A DNA stretch of 64,000 nucleotides from Protoeuglena noctilucae (Eukaryota), in assembly GCA_958009085.1 (NCBI GenBank), contig OY253689.1, positions 248,001 to 312,000 on the forward strand, read 5' to 3'. Position numbers and translations under genes: made by a program. This document shows positions 24,786 to 37,698 of this stretch, one piece after another (positions within the stretch are counted from its first letter, which is position 1; each line of letters begins with the position of its first letter). Under the pieces are notes generated by a model. The model made no database searches. It was not told where the DNA came from and worked only from the letters and a program-made list of their open reading frames with translations.

Positions 24786-25848
24786 GATCTCGCCCAGAGG
24801 TCTCAATCCCGTGCTGGTGGCGTTGCCATGTCTAGCCCGATACTCTGTGCCTGTGCGCTTCGGAATCAAAAATAAAAGCTGACAATGTAGCACAATACAG
24901 GCGATGTCACTGTCGTAGAAGTATAGCAGCTTCGCAGCGTTGACCCACACAGGTCGCACTGGCGACGAGGGCAACATGGTGTTACCAACACCGCGCATTC
25001 AAAGTGCGCAGGGTCCCGGAGAGACCCCAGATGTGCCGCACAGGCACGTGGGTGAGTGGAAGGGAAGGTACCCTCCGTTGTTGTGGGGCTGATGGGGCAG
25101 CCTATAGAGCAGCAAAGGGGGGCAGCCAGGGCAGCAAAGAGGACAGGTGCTTGGCACTACCGGGCCGCAAGCCCGCCGCGCACGGAAGCGGCGGCCAGCG
25201 ATCCGAACGGAAAGGCGCCTCGATCGCCGCAAGGACCCAGGTATTGGCAGCGTCGAGCGGCCAGCATTGCGGGGCTCCGATTCCAGCCCACAGACTCTCG
25301 CGGTCGCGGCAACAAGCGGGAATACGCGACGCGGGGTCCAGGGCGGCACATCCCCCGGCGACGGAAAAGAGGGGTCCACGTCAGCAACAACGATCAGCGT
25401 ACGAGCATGCAAGGGTCGGGAAGCAATGACCCAGGGTGGCACCGGACCCAGGCAGAGTCACTTCTACAGCACAGCATCCTGTGCAGGGCGAAGCAGGGGT
25501 ATTGGAGGATTGGTGGATGGTGGGTGCGAGCGAGTGCAAGAAAACGGCGCTCCCGGCGCGAGGATCCGGGGAGCGCTGAGCAGCGCAGAGGCCACAAAGG
25601 GACCATTGCTCCCTGCGGCTGTAGCATTGTGCGTGGCGCGGGGACGGAAGGTGAGTGGAAGGGGGAACGGAGCCGACAGGGTGCAAGCCCGGCAGCAAAA
25701 GGAAGGGCTCCTGTCGTGATGTGGGGCGTGAAACGCGGAAAGGGACGGGCAGGGCACAAGGGACGGGGGACTGAAGCGGGCCCAGCTGCCCGAATGGCAC
25801 GGTCGTGAGTGAAGGCAGGAGGGCGTGGTGGGCCGGTCAGTGGGCCGG

Positions 25849-28800
25849 TCAGTTGGGCATCTGGACCCTCCATCCAGTCTCGAAAGTGCGGGGCCCGCGC
25901 CCCTCGCAGTGGATCTTCCACATGCCAAAGAAGACGCACTCGAGCTCCCTCACCCACGACGCTGCGAGCGGGGGCAAAACGGGCGTGTTTGGCGAGCGAC
26001 ACGACCACACTCCACCCCACCACACCACCCGAGCACACCCGTACCCGTCTCCCTCCTCACCGGTATCGAAGAGCGGGCAGTTGAGCCTGTTCCGCCGCAG
26101 CTTGTCCCTCAGGGCGGGGCGGCGGCCGTGGTCGACCCCCAGCTGAATGGCGAGGTCCTTGTACTCCTCATGGGACGACACGACCATCTCAGGGCACCCC
26201 ACCGCGTAGCACAGCGACGCGGCGACGCGGGACGCCATGCGCTCGAGCGGGAGCGTGACCATGGGGCACCCCGCCCACAGCACGTCGCACCCCGTGGTGT
26301 GGGCGTTGCACAGGGGCGTGTCCAGGAACACGTCCGCCAGCGCCGACCGCTTGATGTGCACGTCCTTCTGCGCCACGTCCGTGAAGATGATGCGCGAGGG
26401 GTCGACGCCCCGCCGGGACGCCTCGTGCCGCACGCGAGGCTCGCCGGCCGGCGGGAATCTCAACAGCCACAGCACCGAGTTGGGCACGGCGCGGAGGATG
26501 TCCATCCAGCAGTCGAATGTACGCGGATCGTACTTGTAGAGCTGGTTGGAGCAGGCGTACACGATCACGCCCTCGGGCAGCCCCACGGACGCCCGTGTGG
26601 GCAGCGAGGCGTCGTCCAGCACGTCCATGTGGGACTGGCGGTAGTCGTTGACGAAGTAGCAGTGGCTCATGAGCGCGAGGCGCTCCGAGTAGCACCGGTG
26701 GAGCTCGGGCGGGGCCACGACCTTGTCGACGATGAGGTAGGGAAGGAACTCGGCGCCCGTGGTGGCCGGGAAGCCCATGTAGGAGGCCTGGACGGGCGCG
26801 GGACGCAGCGCGAAGATCTCGTTGCGCGCGCCCTTGGTGTAGCCGTTCAGGTTGACGCAGACCTGGATGCCGTCGTTGGAGATGCGGCGGGCGATGTCCG
26901 GGACCGACCAAGACGAGACATCGATGAAGTGCTCGGCCTCACGCTCAATGCGCTGGCGCCACACCGAGTTGTCGCTCGGGGACTGCGGGGAAAGGGCGAG
27001 CGGGCGAAGCATCTTTCAGGGTGCTGCTGCTAGCTTGCGCGAAGGGTGCGCAACGGCCCAAGGGGCCAGCAATCGGGGCGCAGCCACGCTGCCCGCCTGA
27101 CCTCCTCTTTGGCACAGTCGCTACGCACCCCAGAGACGGCGCGTTGCGGCAGCAGCTGCGGCGCTGCGGCCCCCGCAGCGTGCGGCCAGGCATGGGTGGA
27201 TGCGGTGGCTGGCTCGCAAGCAGGACATGACAATGACTCACCAGTGCGTAGAGGAAGACCTCGACGCGCGACCGGTCGTGCATGCCGAACACGGAACACA
27301 TGAGGTGGCTGAGGGGGTGGTTGCCGAAGTCAGAAGAAACGTAGCCGACCCTCAGGCGCTGGCCGGGCGCGAGCGGCAGGGCCGGCGGGTGCGGCAGCGC
27401 GGGCACGCCGAGCTGGGCGGCGTTGTTCTCGCAGAAGCGCGCATAGGCCTTGGAGATCGCGAGGGCCAGGTCGGCGGCGAAGGGGTAGGCCATCGCATGG
27501 AACGGCTGCACGGCCGGGAGCGCCCCGCGCTGCAGGTCGGCCCACACTACCTGGGACAGCCGCACGAAGGAGCCCTCGTGGTCGGACCAGTCGCAGACGC
27601 ACTGCATCGAATGGACCATGTTCGCGAAAGCCTCCGGGAAATCCCGCCGGAGCGTCAGGGCTTGGCGGTAGGCGGCGACCGCCTCGTCGTGCATTGCCAT
27701 GTCCTTGCACGACGCCCCCAGGTTGCACCAGGCCTCGGGGCTCTGCGGATCCAACTGCACGATGCGCTGGTAGCACGCGACGGCCTCGGCCACGCTCCCC
27801 CGGAGCTTCAGGAGCGCCCCCATGTTGTTGTACGCGACGGCCAGCCGCGAAACGTGCTGCGCCATGGCCTGCTGGTCCCCCAGCGCCGGCTGCATGCGGG
27901 CGTACTGCAGGTGGATGCACCCAGTGTAGCACGCCAGCGCCTCGGAATGCCGGCCCAGCTCCCGCAGCGCGTTGCCCATGTTGTTGTATGCCTGCGCGGG
28001 GCGGCGACGGGGGCGAGCCGTGCGTGGCAAAGACAGGGCCCCTTCTCCCAGGATGGTGTCATGGCAAACGTCCCCGAGAGCACTCGCGCGTTTCGACACC
28101 ATGTAAGGCCAGGCCAGGCCAGCACCCAAGCACCCAACACACCGACAGACGCCAGCCCTGCTCACCTCTGGGAAGTTGGGCTCGATCTTGATGGCCTGCT
28201 GATAGTAGTGGACGGCGAGGTCGTACTTGCCGTTCTCGTAGTAGAGCCCCGCGAGGTTGCCAATGCTGAGGGAGCACGCCGGGCTGACGCGCACGGCCGC
28301 TTCGAGCCACTTCTCGGCCTCGGCAGGCTGCGAGACGTCCTTGAGGGCGCGGCCCATGCCCGCGTACGCCTCGACGAGCGCGGGTGCCACGCGCGTGGCG
28401 TTCTGGTAGCACCGGATGGCGCCCTGAGGGTTGCCGGCCTCGCGCATCAAGTCGCCCAGGCCGCGCCAGGCCGGGCCGAACTTGGGGTCGAGCGTGATGG
28501 CGTCCGTGTAGCATCGCTCGGCGACCTGCCGCCCAAGGGGCCCCTGGAGCCGCCACAGGTCACCCAGGTTGGTCCGCACGTCGACCAGGTTGGGGCTCAC
28601 GCGCAACGCCGTGTTGTAGCACTCGAACGCCTCGCCCACCATGCCGCGCTGCAGCAGGGCCGACGCCAGGTTGTTGTAGGCGTCCGGGAAGGCCGGCCGC
28701 AGGCGGATGGCCGTCCGGTAGTAGAGAATCGCGAGGTCGACGTGGCCCAGCTGGAGCAGGGCGTTGGCGAGGTTGGTGTAGGCCTCGGGCATTTGGGGCG

Positions 28801-29137
28801 AGAGCATGATGGCCCGATCGTTGAGCGTCACGCACTCGTGGTAGTTGCGGAGCTGATACTGGCACGCCGCCATCAGGAGGAGGGCGTCGGTGCGCGACGG
28901 GTTGCGCGCCAGCACCAGGCCCGAGGCCTGCAGCGCCTGTATGTGCTGGCCGGAGAGGTACAGCTGGTGCGCGTGAGAGAGCGTGCCGCCATCCTGGTCC
29001 GATGCAGACGCGTCCGCGGGCCTGCGAGCGGCGCCGAAGTCGACTGCTGTCGCTCCCGGCGCGTCCCCCAGGCGAAGCAAATAGCCCGCGATGCCGTTGA
29101 CAGGTCCCGCAGCTAAAGCACCGCAAGATGCATGCAC
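25849..29137 (-). CDS. SEC: O-GlcNAc transferase (SECRET AGENT type, TPR repeats plus GT41 catalytic domains)
   Basis: Many TPRs (PEAYTNLANAL, PDAYNNLASAL) followed by LRVGYVSSDFGNHPLSHLM, NLNGYTKGARNEIFALRPAPVQASYMGFP, NQLYK and DTPLCNAHTTGCDVLWAG. Confidence 0.96.
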
Positions 29138-30229
29138 ATAACCACCTCAACCTTCGATGGCTGCGCGGGGGCGCGTGCGGGAAGCCGCGAGGCAGGCGCA
29201 CGCTTGCGGCAACCTCGCGCCCAGCGCGCTCACCTCGGAGGAATGACGTGCGTGCTCGAGGTCATCTGGAAGCCTAACGGCCCGGATATCGGAGGCGGGA
29301 CGCTCGGGCCGCTGAGTGTGCTGTGGCTCCCACCATGGCTGGACGCCGCGGCCGATCCTGTGCAAGGGGAGCGGCGTGGGAATCTCGCGGCTCGCGACAG
29401 CCAACCTCCGCTGCGCGAGAGTCGCCAGAAGGCACGGGCGAAGCCGATAGCGGCGGCAGCGGGGGGGGGCACCGGACGACGCGCATCCTTACCTGCGAGG
29501 AGGCCGGGCGAGGGCGAGGGGCCCGATGTATGCCCGCCGCTGTGGTGCGTCGAGAGGGGGTGCGGTAACACGCTGCTAATGTGCGCCGGCGGGAGGTCCG
29601 AAACGCCCTCTGGGGTCGCGGCGGCCCCCTGGGTCAAAGCGTGAACAAGATGCAGGCTCTCGGGGAAGAGGCCGGCCACCCTGGTCGCAGAAGAGGAGCG
29701 AAGGAGGCGTGAGAGGCCGGCGCAAAGACTCCGACTTGCGCAGGGGGTGGCCGCAGCAACCCGCGCGGCCATGTCCAACTCCTTGGGGCGCCCTCGCCTC
29801 GGCAGGTGCACGCCGAGCCCGGGCCCCGGCGCCACGACTTGTGCCATGGCGAGCAACCTCGTCGATGTCCCCCCCTCCCACACCAGACGCGCCAAACGCC
29901 CGTTTCGATCAGAGCGCTGGTTACTCCCTCTCTGCACCCCGCATGATCAGCTTTGGAACGCGTGGTTTGCGATGTCGGCGCTGGCCACGAGGGGCGCTAT
30001 TGGTCGGCCCGTCGCAAAGACCCCCGCATTCGCGCTGAGGGACGGCACAACACGCGATGTGGTCTTCACGGGAATTGAAGTCGTGCTGGCCCTCGCCGGC
30101 AATGAAGGCGCGGGGGCAGGGCAGGGGAACCCGTCTGACGAGGGCAATACTCAAGACGGGGCCGCGGCTTTGATGGACGGTCTCCCCCGTCTTCCAGGTC
30201 TGGTCCGAGGCCAGGGGACGCGGGGGAGG

Positions 30230-32652
30230 ATGCGGCTGTCAGCCCCCGCGGTCGCGGCCGTGCTTGGGCTGGGCGCGGCCCTCCCGTGGCTCTTGGGCCT
30301 GTGGCTGGCTGGATTGAGGCACGATCGCTGGCTGGATCGCCTGGGGAGGGCAGGGACGACCTCACCGCGCGAATGGTAAGCTTTGCTCTCCGTGCTCTCT
30401 GTGGTCGAGGCCGCTGACCCGGACCTGTGCGCCTTGCCCGCCCTGGCTGCGCACACGCGCTGCCTTACACCCCAAGGTGTTTGCATTTCCTGCCTGTCTC
30501 CCGTGTATCCGCAGGTATGCGCTGGCTGGCGGTGCGGACGCGCCCTTTGACCTCTCCAGCGATCCCCCACTTCTTCTGCTTCAGATGCGAGCCACGCACC
30601 TCGCACTGCAAGCAACTGAGCTGCGCCATGGCACCGACTCGGCGGCGCCAGCTCTCGGGCCCCTGTGGGCGGGCCTGGGCTGGGGCACATTGCTCGTCGT
30701 GCCTTCCCTTGCCTTTGCGTTGTGGTGGGGCCGCAGCGCGCGCAGCCCCGCACACGCGGCGTGGGCCTCCTGCGTCCTCGTACTAAACCCCGCTGCGCTG
30801 CTGGCGGATCATCTGGCCGGCCTCGGTATGGGGGCGACATGGTGAGCGCTTCGTGGTGCATCGTCCTGGCTCTGATGGAATGGATGAAGTAAACAGTCAA
30901 TGAGGCACACGCATGGCTTGACTGCGACGTCGCCCGTGACGCCCGCAGCCTGGGCCTGGCAGTGGGTTCCGCCTTGCTGATCGGCAAAGGGTGGTGGCTG
31001 GCCGGCACGGCTACGCTGGTGGCACTCGTTCACCACAGCGCCGCCGCCCTCGCCTTCGCTCCTCTCGTGCTCGCGCACCTCGCCGGGCAGGCCTGGCAAG
31101 CTCGCGACCTCCTAAGCACCGCGACCGTCGTCGTGGCTGCGTCAGTCGGGGCCGTCGGCGCCTGCGCCGCCATATGGGCACCCCTCCTCGACCGCTCCTC
31201 CCTCCCAGCCTTCCTCGCCGACGCAAAGCGCACGATCATCGCCTTAGTCTCCATTGTACAGCCCGTCCTGGTGAGTCGCGCCATGCCACCTGTAGTGATG
31301 TCGACGCATGCCCTGCTTCCGTGCACCCACCTCATGTCAGCCCGCCCTCGCCGCCGCCGCAGGACGCCATCCCATCACCGTCCCTCGCGGGGCGCGCGGC
31401 CCTCAGTCTCCTTCAGCGCACGGCTCTGTCGTGGGCCCCACACATGTCGACCAGTACCTTGGCATTCCTCATCCCAGCAGCCGTCGAGCTGCTCCGCCCG
31501 TCGTCCAAGGGCCTCCTCCTCGCTCTCACCTCCACCGCGTGGATGCTGTGCTTGGCCACTCCGGGGTCAACCCTCATGCCCCTGCTCATGGCCGCCGTCT
31601 TCACGGCCATGGTCGGCGCCGCGGAGGCGCTGTCGGGGGGACGCGGCGGCGCCGGCGCGCCCTCCGCGGCCCTCTGGGCGAGCGCGGTGGCCGCCGCGGG
31701 CGTGTCGCGCGCCGCCGGGACCGCTCGCGTGGCCGGAGCTGCCGCGGTCGCGGCCCTCGCGGTGCTCTCCGCTCTGAGCGACTGGGGCCCGCTGGACGCG
31801 AGGCCCGCCGCGCCTCGCGCGCCTCCCCGCGCTCCGGCGCCCCCGCGCGACGTGACCCTTCCCACTGGCGAGGCTGCCGGGCGCGGGGCGATGGCCGTCG
31901 TCCCAGCGCGGCCGTGGGACGAGGTGACCGCGGCGCGGCGCGGCGGGTCGCTCCCCGCGCCTCCTCCGGACGAGGAGCTGGACCAGTGCTTCCCGGGGTG
32001 CTTGCTGCCCCATGCGCGGCGTCGGCTCAAGCGTGGGGCGTCGGTCGGGGTGCCGCCCGCGCCAGGCCCAGACGCGCCCGTCGCCTCGGCTGAGAACGGG
32101 GTAGCCACCCAGGGGTCCTTGGAGCGGGACGGCAGCCCCGCGGCGTCGGCAGCGGCGAGCACGGCCGCGGGGCTGGGTAAGGGGCACAGCGCGGGGATCG
32201 AAGGGCGTGCAAGGGCGAATGGGGAGGCCGGGCCGGCGCCACGGGGGTGGGCGTGGGGAGGGGTGTTGGCGGGGGCTGTGGTGGGGGCGGACGGCGCAGC
32301 TGGGCTCGCATTGCGGGTCCCATTGCTGGCGAGATGGGTCGGGGGAGTGGCTTCGGGGCTCACTGGGACCGACCTGCGGGCAGCGGGGCGAGGAGCGAAG
32401 GGAGATGGGCGCGGCGGGCGACGCAAAGTGGCGCCTGCAGTGTGGTCGGGGGGGCTTTTCACGGGGCTGTGCATGGTATTGTCGCTATGCGCGTTGGGAG
32501 CTTTTATGACCGTCCGTGCCGCTGGTGTTGCGCTTCCGTCGTGGGCTGACCGTGCCGAGGATCGATTGCTCCGCGTGCACGTTGTCGGGTTCGCCGCGTG
32601 GGCGCTCGTGGCGCATTTGCGGGCCCAGCAGGCTTGGAACGCACTTGGGTAG
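30230..32652 (+). CDS. Multi-pass membrane protein, divergent ALG6/ALG8 (GT-C)-like
   Basis: Spliced, with many hydrophobic helices. REW|Y...SSDPPL and LNPAALLADH recall the ALG6/8 motifs EWY...LDYPP and NP.LL..DH. Confidence 0.45.
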
Positions 32653-33183
32653 GGCCTCCCCGAGACGGGGAGGGCATGTTATTTGCGATCGCCTCGCGCG
32701 TCTTAAACCTCCGTCTTGATCTGCTTCTGACGAAGTGGACATGGGCCGCGCTTAGCGCTACGGCACGCGTAACAAGTCCGCTGAAGTGGAAAGCGTTGAT
32801 CCAAAGGCCGGGGGCTCCTGGCAGGCGCGTGGGACGCTTGGTTTTCTCAGCGCCAATCACTCTGCGGGCGTGAGGCCTCGTGACGCCGCTCGTGGGCTGC
32901 AGCTCGCCTGCGCGCAATGAAGGCTTCTTTGCTCGCGACCTCCGCGCCGGGTCTCACGCTCAGCCCAAGCGCTGTCCGCCATCCGGCAAAAGCGCACGGA
33001 AGGAATGCAGAGTGCTCGCCCGCGGTCGAGCATATCGCGGGGTGGCGTCCCGCAAGCAGAGGTGAGGCCACGGTTGCTTGGGGCGCCCTCTGCGGGCGCG
33101 CACGCGGCGCGATCGACGGCTGCAGGGTTCTCTGGGTGCATGTGCGCGTTGCCATCCGAAATCGCTAAGTTCGACGCTGAAAA

Positions 33184-35706
33184 TGGCCTCCTCCTCGGCC
33201 CCAGGCGCGACTGTTGCCACGCGGGCACTGAGCAACCTCGACGATCCCGCCGACTACGCCCCGGCCACCACTGACGAAAAGACCGCGCTCTTCCTTTCCG
33301 ACCTTCTAAACTTCGAGTCCGAGCGGCGAAGTTCGGACCCGGACCCGATCATCGAGCGGGCCAGCGCAGGTGCGGACCGCATGCCGCATCCGCACTCGCC
33401 CGCGCCCGGCGCCGCCCACCCCGCGCTCGATCAGCCCCGCCGTGACCGCAACCTTGCTTTGTACCGCACGCAGTACTTACGAAGGCTCGCGAGGCCCTCA
33501 ACCGGCAAGCCGCGGTCGGTGCCGCGTCGTCGCCCGCGGCCCCTCCCGCCCCCCGCGCGCCCGTCGCCCCGCCCGCCGATCCCGCGCCTGCGCGCGAGTC
33601 TCCTTCAGAGGATGCGCGCTCTAAGGACGACGCGCGCCCACCGAGGGCCGTCGTCACGGCGCCGACGACCCACAAACCGCGCTCCCGGTCGCCCCACGCG
33701 ACCCGCGTCCCGGAGAAGCTCGCCGCCCTGCGCCGGGGATTAACAAAGCCCCGAGCCCCTCCTCCGCCACCCCCGGCCCCCTCGGCCGCCGCTGCCCCCG
33801 CCGATCTGGCCCCAGCGCCCTCGTCTGCCACGGAGGGCGCTTCCGGGTCCGGGCCAGAGCCCATGCGCGCCCTGCGACTGGACGACGAGCCGCGCTCCGT
33901 CCTTTTACTGGAGCGGGAGGGCCCGCAGTGGCTGGAGCTCCGCGCTGAGAGCGACGACCTGCCCTGGCAAGAGTCCTTGGCGCTCCCGCCATTCCAATCG
34001 GTCATCGAGCTCACCACGGCGTCCCAGCCACCCGCACGCACCCTCGGTGAGCCGCCATGCGCCGCCATGCCCGCAGACCGACGCAGTTATGCTGTCATCA
34101 AGTGCCCATGCGCTGATGCACCCATGCAATGTCTCGCTGGCACCTCTAGCAACGCCCGCCATGCCCCTGCTCGCTTGACCTGCGCGCAGGGGAGACGGAG
34201 AACAAGCCCGAGTCGCCCCCGGAGAGCTCCTCCACGCCTCGGGCCTTATCGTCGGTGGCGGCGGGGGAGGGGCAGACTCGTGCGGCGCTGCATGCCGTGG
34301 CGGACGGGCGGGGGATGCTGGCGGACGGGACTAAGTGGGAGAAGGTCAGCGGGGAGGAGTTTGGGGAGAACGGGTACTGGAAGCGATGGTATCTCATCAC
34401 GGGGACGACCTCAGAGGGCGTGCGGTGGGAGGAGTGCACGTGGGAGGTCACGGGTGAGAGGGCCGGGCGCTGCATTTGAGCACGTCACGTCAACGGCTTG
34501 ATGGAGAGCGACAGTGTGTATCGTGGTGGTTGCATCGTGCCTGCCCGGCGGGGGGTTGGCGTAGCTGACGATCGTCGCATCGGTCACACCGTGCACCGTT
34601 CGCAGACTGGGCCGGGATGAAGCAGTTGGGGGCGAAGAAGAGCGGTCGCGCGGCGGACGGGAGCGAGTGGACGGAGACGTGGGAGGAGACGTTTGGGCTG
34701 GCGGGGGTGCTGGGGGAGCCGTACGTGGAGCGGACGGCGCGCAAGTGGTGCAAGATGGCAGGAGAGGCGCCGAACGAGTGGGAGGAGCAGTGGTGAGGGA
34801 TGAGGCTGGGATTAAGTGGTTGTATTTTGCTCGTAAGGCAGCGGGTCGCAGTCAGGATTGGTCCGGAGCAACGTGCCGTGCTGTGGCCGTGCCTCCGCAG
34901 GGGCGAGCTGAGCCGGGCGCGCGGCGCGACGTCCAAGTGGGCGCACAAGTGGGCGCACCAAGGCGACCGCGTGTGGCACGAGCGGTGGGGCGAGGATTAC
35001 CGAGGGGAGGGGTCCGACCACTGGTGAGCGGCCCGCGGAGGATTGCGGCGACGAGGTCCTCGATAGACGAAGCCGTCGTTAGCAAAAGAGCCTTGCTGGT
35101 CCATCGCTGCGCTCGGAGCGGCGTTGGTCTGCTGCACAGACCGCGCGGGTCGTGACCCTGCTCGCAGCGTCAAGTGGACGGACCGGTGGGCCGAGCACCT
35201 CAACTTAGAAGGCCAAGAGGTGTACAAGTATGGAGACAAGTGGCGGGAGGAGTTTGAGGGCGGGAAGGGGGAGAAGCGGGGGGAGGTGTGGAACACGGGG
35301 AACGGGTGAGGCGGCTTTGGCGCTCGAAACGATTTCCTGCGCGCCCCGAGGGCCGACGCGCTTGCCGTTTTGATGTAACAACGTCCATCGAGGCCTGTAT
35401 TCGCCAATCCGTCGCAGGGGATACCGCAGGGAGTGGGGCGAGGACCACTACGGTGGCGGGAAGGTCCGGAAGTTCGGGCACAGCAACAAGGGCGAGCACT
35501 GGGACCAGGTGGAGCAGATGAACACGTACTACAACCCCGTGCCGCACTTCGGGTACCGGCAGGCCATTCGCCACAGCCATGTGCTGCTGTCGCTGCGAGT
35601 GCGGCCTCGCGACGACCGGCGGGAGGGCGAGCGAGAGGGTGCGGGCGCGGAGCCCGAGCACGCGACAGAGTTCAAGATGTTCGGGACGGGCATCAACGCG
35701 CTCTGA
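33184..35706 (+). CDS. ESV1/LESV-family Trp-rich starch-granule protein
   Basis: Dense W/E/K repeats across exons: YWKRWY, LGAKKSGRAADGSEWTETWEE, KWAHKWA, WHERWGEDY, VKWTDRWAE, GDKWREEF...GEKRGEVW, WGEDHYGGGKVRKFGHSNKGEHWD...YYNPVPHFG. Confidence 0.88.
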
Positions 35707-35878
35707 GGCCAGGTTGTAGGGGCTTGTCTAGGGGCTTGTGCTGCAGCGCCAGCTGATGCCAGTCTGCCAGTCTGCCCTATGTGCGTTGATGACCCAGGAT
35801 TGGCTTATGCCGTCCACACTGTCGCTGTCTCGCTATCTCGGACCACCACCGCTTGAACGGTTTCCAGAGTACTCAGCT

Positions 35879-37535
35879 ATGGCTCGCAGCACTGCTGGCC
35901 GTGCAACCAGGCCAACGATGGGCATGGGTCGCGGCACCCGTGAGCTCCGCAGGGCGATGTCGGCCATTATTGCCGTGTTTGGACACTCGAGGAGGAAGGG
36001 GGAGGACTCGGTGCGGCTGTATGTCGCCAACCACGCTTCGCATGCGTCGATCTGGCGCTTCCTGCGGAGTGTGCGTGATGCGCTCACACGCTTCGATGCG
36101 GACTCGACGCCTGCGGACATCCGCAACGCCGTCCGCCACGCCGTCGCGGCCGCGGAGCTCCTCGTCCAGCAGGGTTCAGCGTCAAGGCTCGGGAGCCTCA
36201 CGGAGGAGCTGCGTGCTTTCGTGGATCCCGAGAGGGTGCAGGTGCTGCCGCGCAGCCGCGGCGCAGCCATCGGAGCTATTGTTATGGTTACCGGAACGTC
36301 ATCATTCCATCTAGAAGCCTGTCCGCAGATGGGCGGCGCTCTCGGGGACCTCGCGCGCATCTCCTCGCTCGCCATCCACGAGGCGCTCACGCGGTGAGCT
36401 TACGCCGCCGCACGCGAGCCATCGCTGGTTGACGACGAGCTTATGAACTAACAAAGACGATTTTTGGATTCTGCAGGGCGATATTCCGCTGGGTGGTCGC
36501 AGAGGTGCACTGGGAGGGCGCTTTGGGGTTCACGTACTCGTCCGAACAAGGCCGTCGTGTGCGCGTTGCGTACACGATCAACGGCCAGCTCCTGCGTGAC
36601 ATCTACGGCGAACTGGCGAGATCTGCAGCGGGTGCCGGGGTCTTTCCCGCGCAGCACGTTTGCAGCCGTCGCCACAATGCCCTGACCCTTTGCATGCAGG
36701 AGCGGGAGCGTGGGCCGCCCCTGGTGCCCCGCCAAGAGGCGCCGCCGCCCCCGCTTAACCGGGGGAGGCGCGGGAGGCGGGGCAGGCGAGAGGGCGGAAC
36801 TTAAGTGGGATTTGTTAACAGTGGCATGTGCAGCGCAGTTATACCACTGATCAACTCATAGCATCATCCCTCGCCCGTCTCTGCCCAGGGAGCCCCGGGT
36901 CCGGTTCCCAGGCCCCTCTGCCCCGCTGCAGGAGGCAGGGGCTGGGCCGTGGGCGGCGTCCCACCCGCCCCCACCTGGCGAGGGTGGGCCAAGTGGAGTC
37001 GGCATCGGGGATCTATTTGCCGACATTGATGAGCGTTTGTTGGATCCCGACCCTGTCGGGCGCCTTAGGTGAGAAGCAGAGGGTCTGGGGCGCATCGCCT
37101 GCACGATAGCAATTGTAGCGTCACTGGCAAGCGTGCGTGGCTGCCGTGTTCAGGGTCAGCGCATCCAATTGCAATAAGCAAGCAGTGCACGTCCTTGCCT
37201 GCAGGAATCATATGCAACCTCGCGTTGGATTGAACGGCTCAGCACGAGCGAGAGGGACGGATGGAGATGCGTTGTACTTCCTGCTGCCAGAAGACGAGCT
37301 AGACCCGGGCTCCCTGCTGGAGGAGGCACTTGGAGAGCTCCCAACGCCCACGGCCCTCGACCCCGTCGCCACGATCCAGCCCATGATGACGGCAGGCGAC
37401 GCGGAGTGGCCTACACTGGGTGAGGAGGAGCCACCACCCATGCAGAGGCCACGGCTGGCCCCGAGGGACGAGGAGGACGAGGAGCTGGGGCTGGCGTGGG
37501 AGCGGGTGGTGGAGGAGGGGCGCGGGGCCGGGTGA
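35879..37535 (+). CDS. Hypothetical protein (multi-exon, acidic C-terminus)
   Basis: In-frame exons joined by canonical splice sites (IWRFLRSVRDALTRF..., HEALTR|AIFRWVVAEVHWEGALGFTYSSEQGRRVRVAYTINGQ..., LYFLLPEDELDPG...EEDEELGLAWERVVEEG). No family recognised; the start is uncertain. Confidence 0.5.
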
Positions 37536-37698
37536 AAGGGTGCGTGTGATTAGCACGTGCGGGTGCTGGAGGGCGCAGATGGGTGCAAGTCATGAAGCTA
37601 GGCCTGTGCATTTCTCCAGTTCCAGTCGCAAGGATTGAATGCGCTATAGTTCAGTGGAAGATTAACAAAATGTCGGTGACATAACTGGCCTCCCTAGC

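Noticed and set aside
25825..29116. Long plus-strand ORFs (402 and 638 aa) opposite the OGT gene, and many similar antisense ORFs
   Set aside because: Shadow ORFs caused by high GC3 codon bias; no recognisable motifs.
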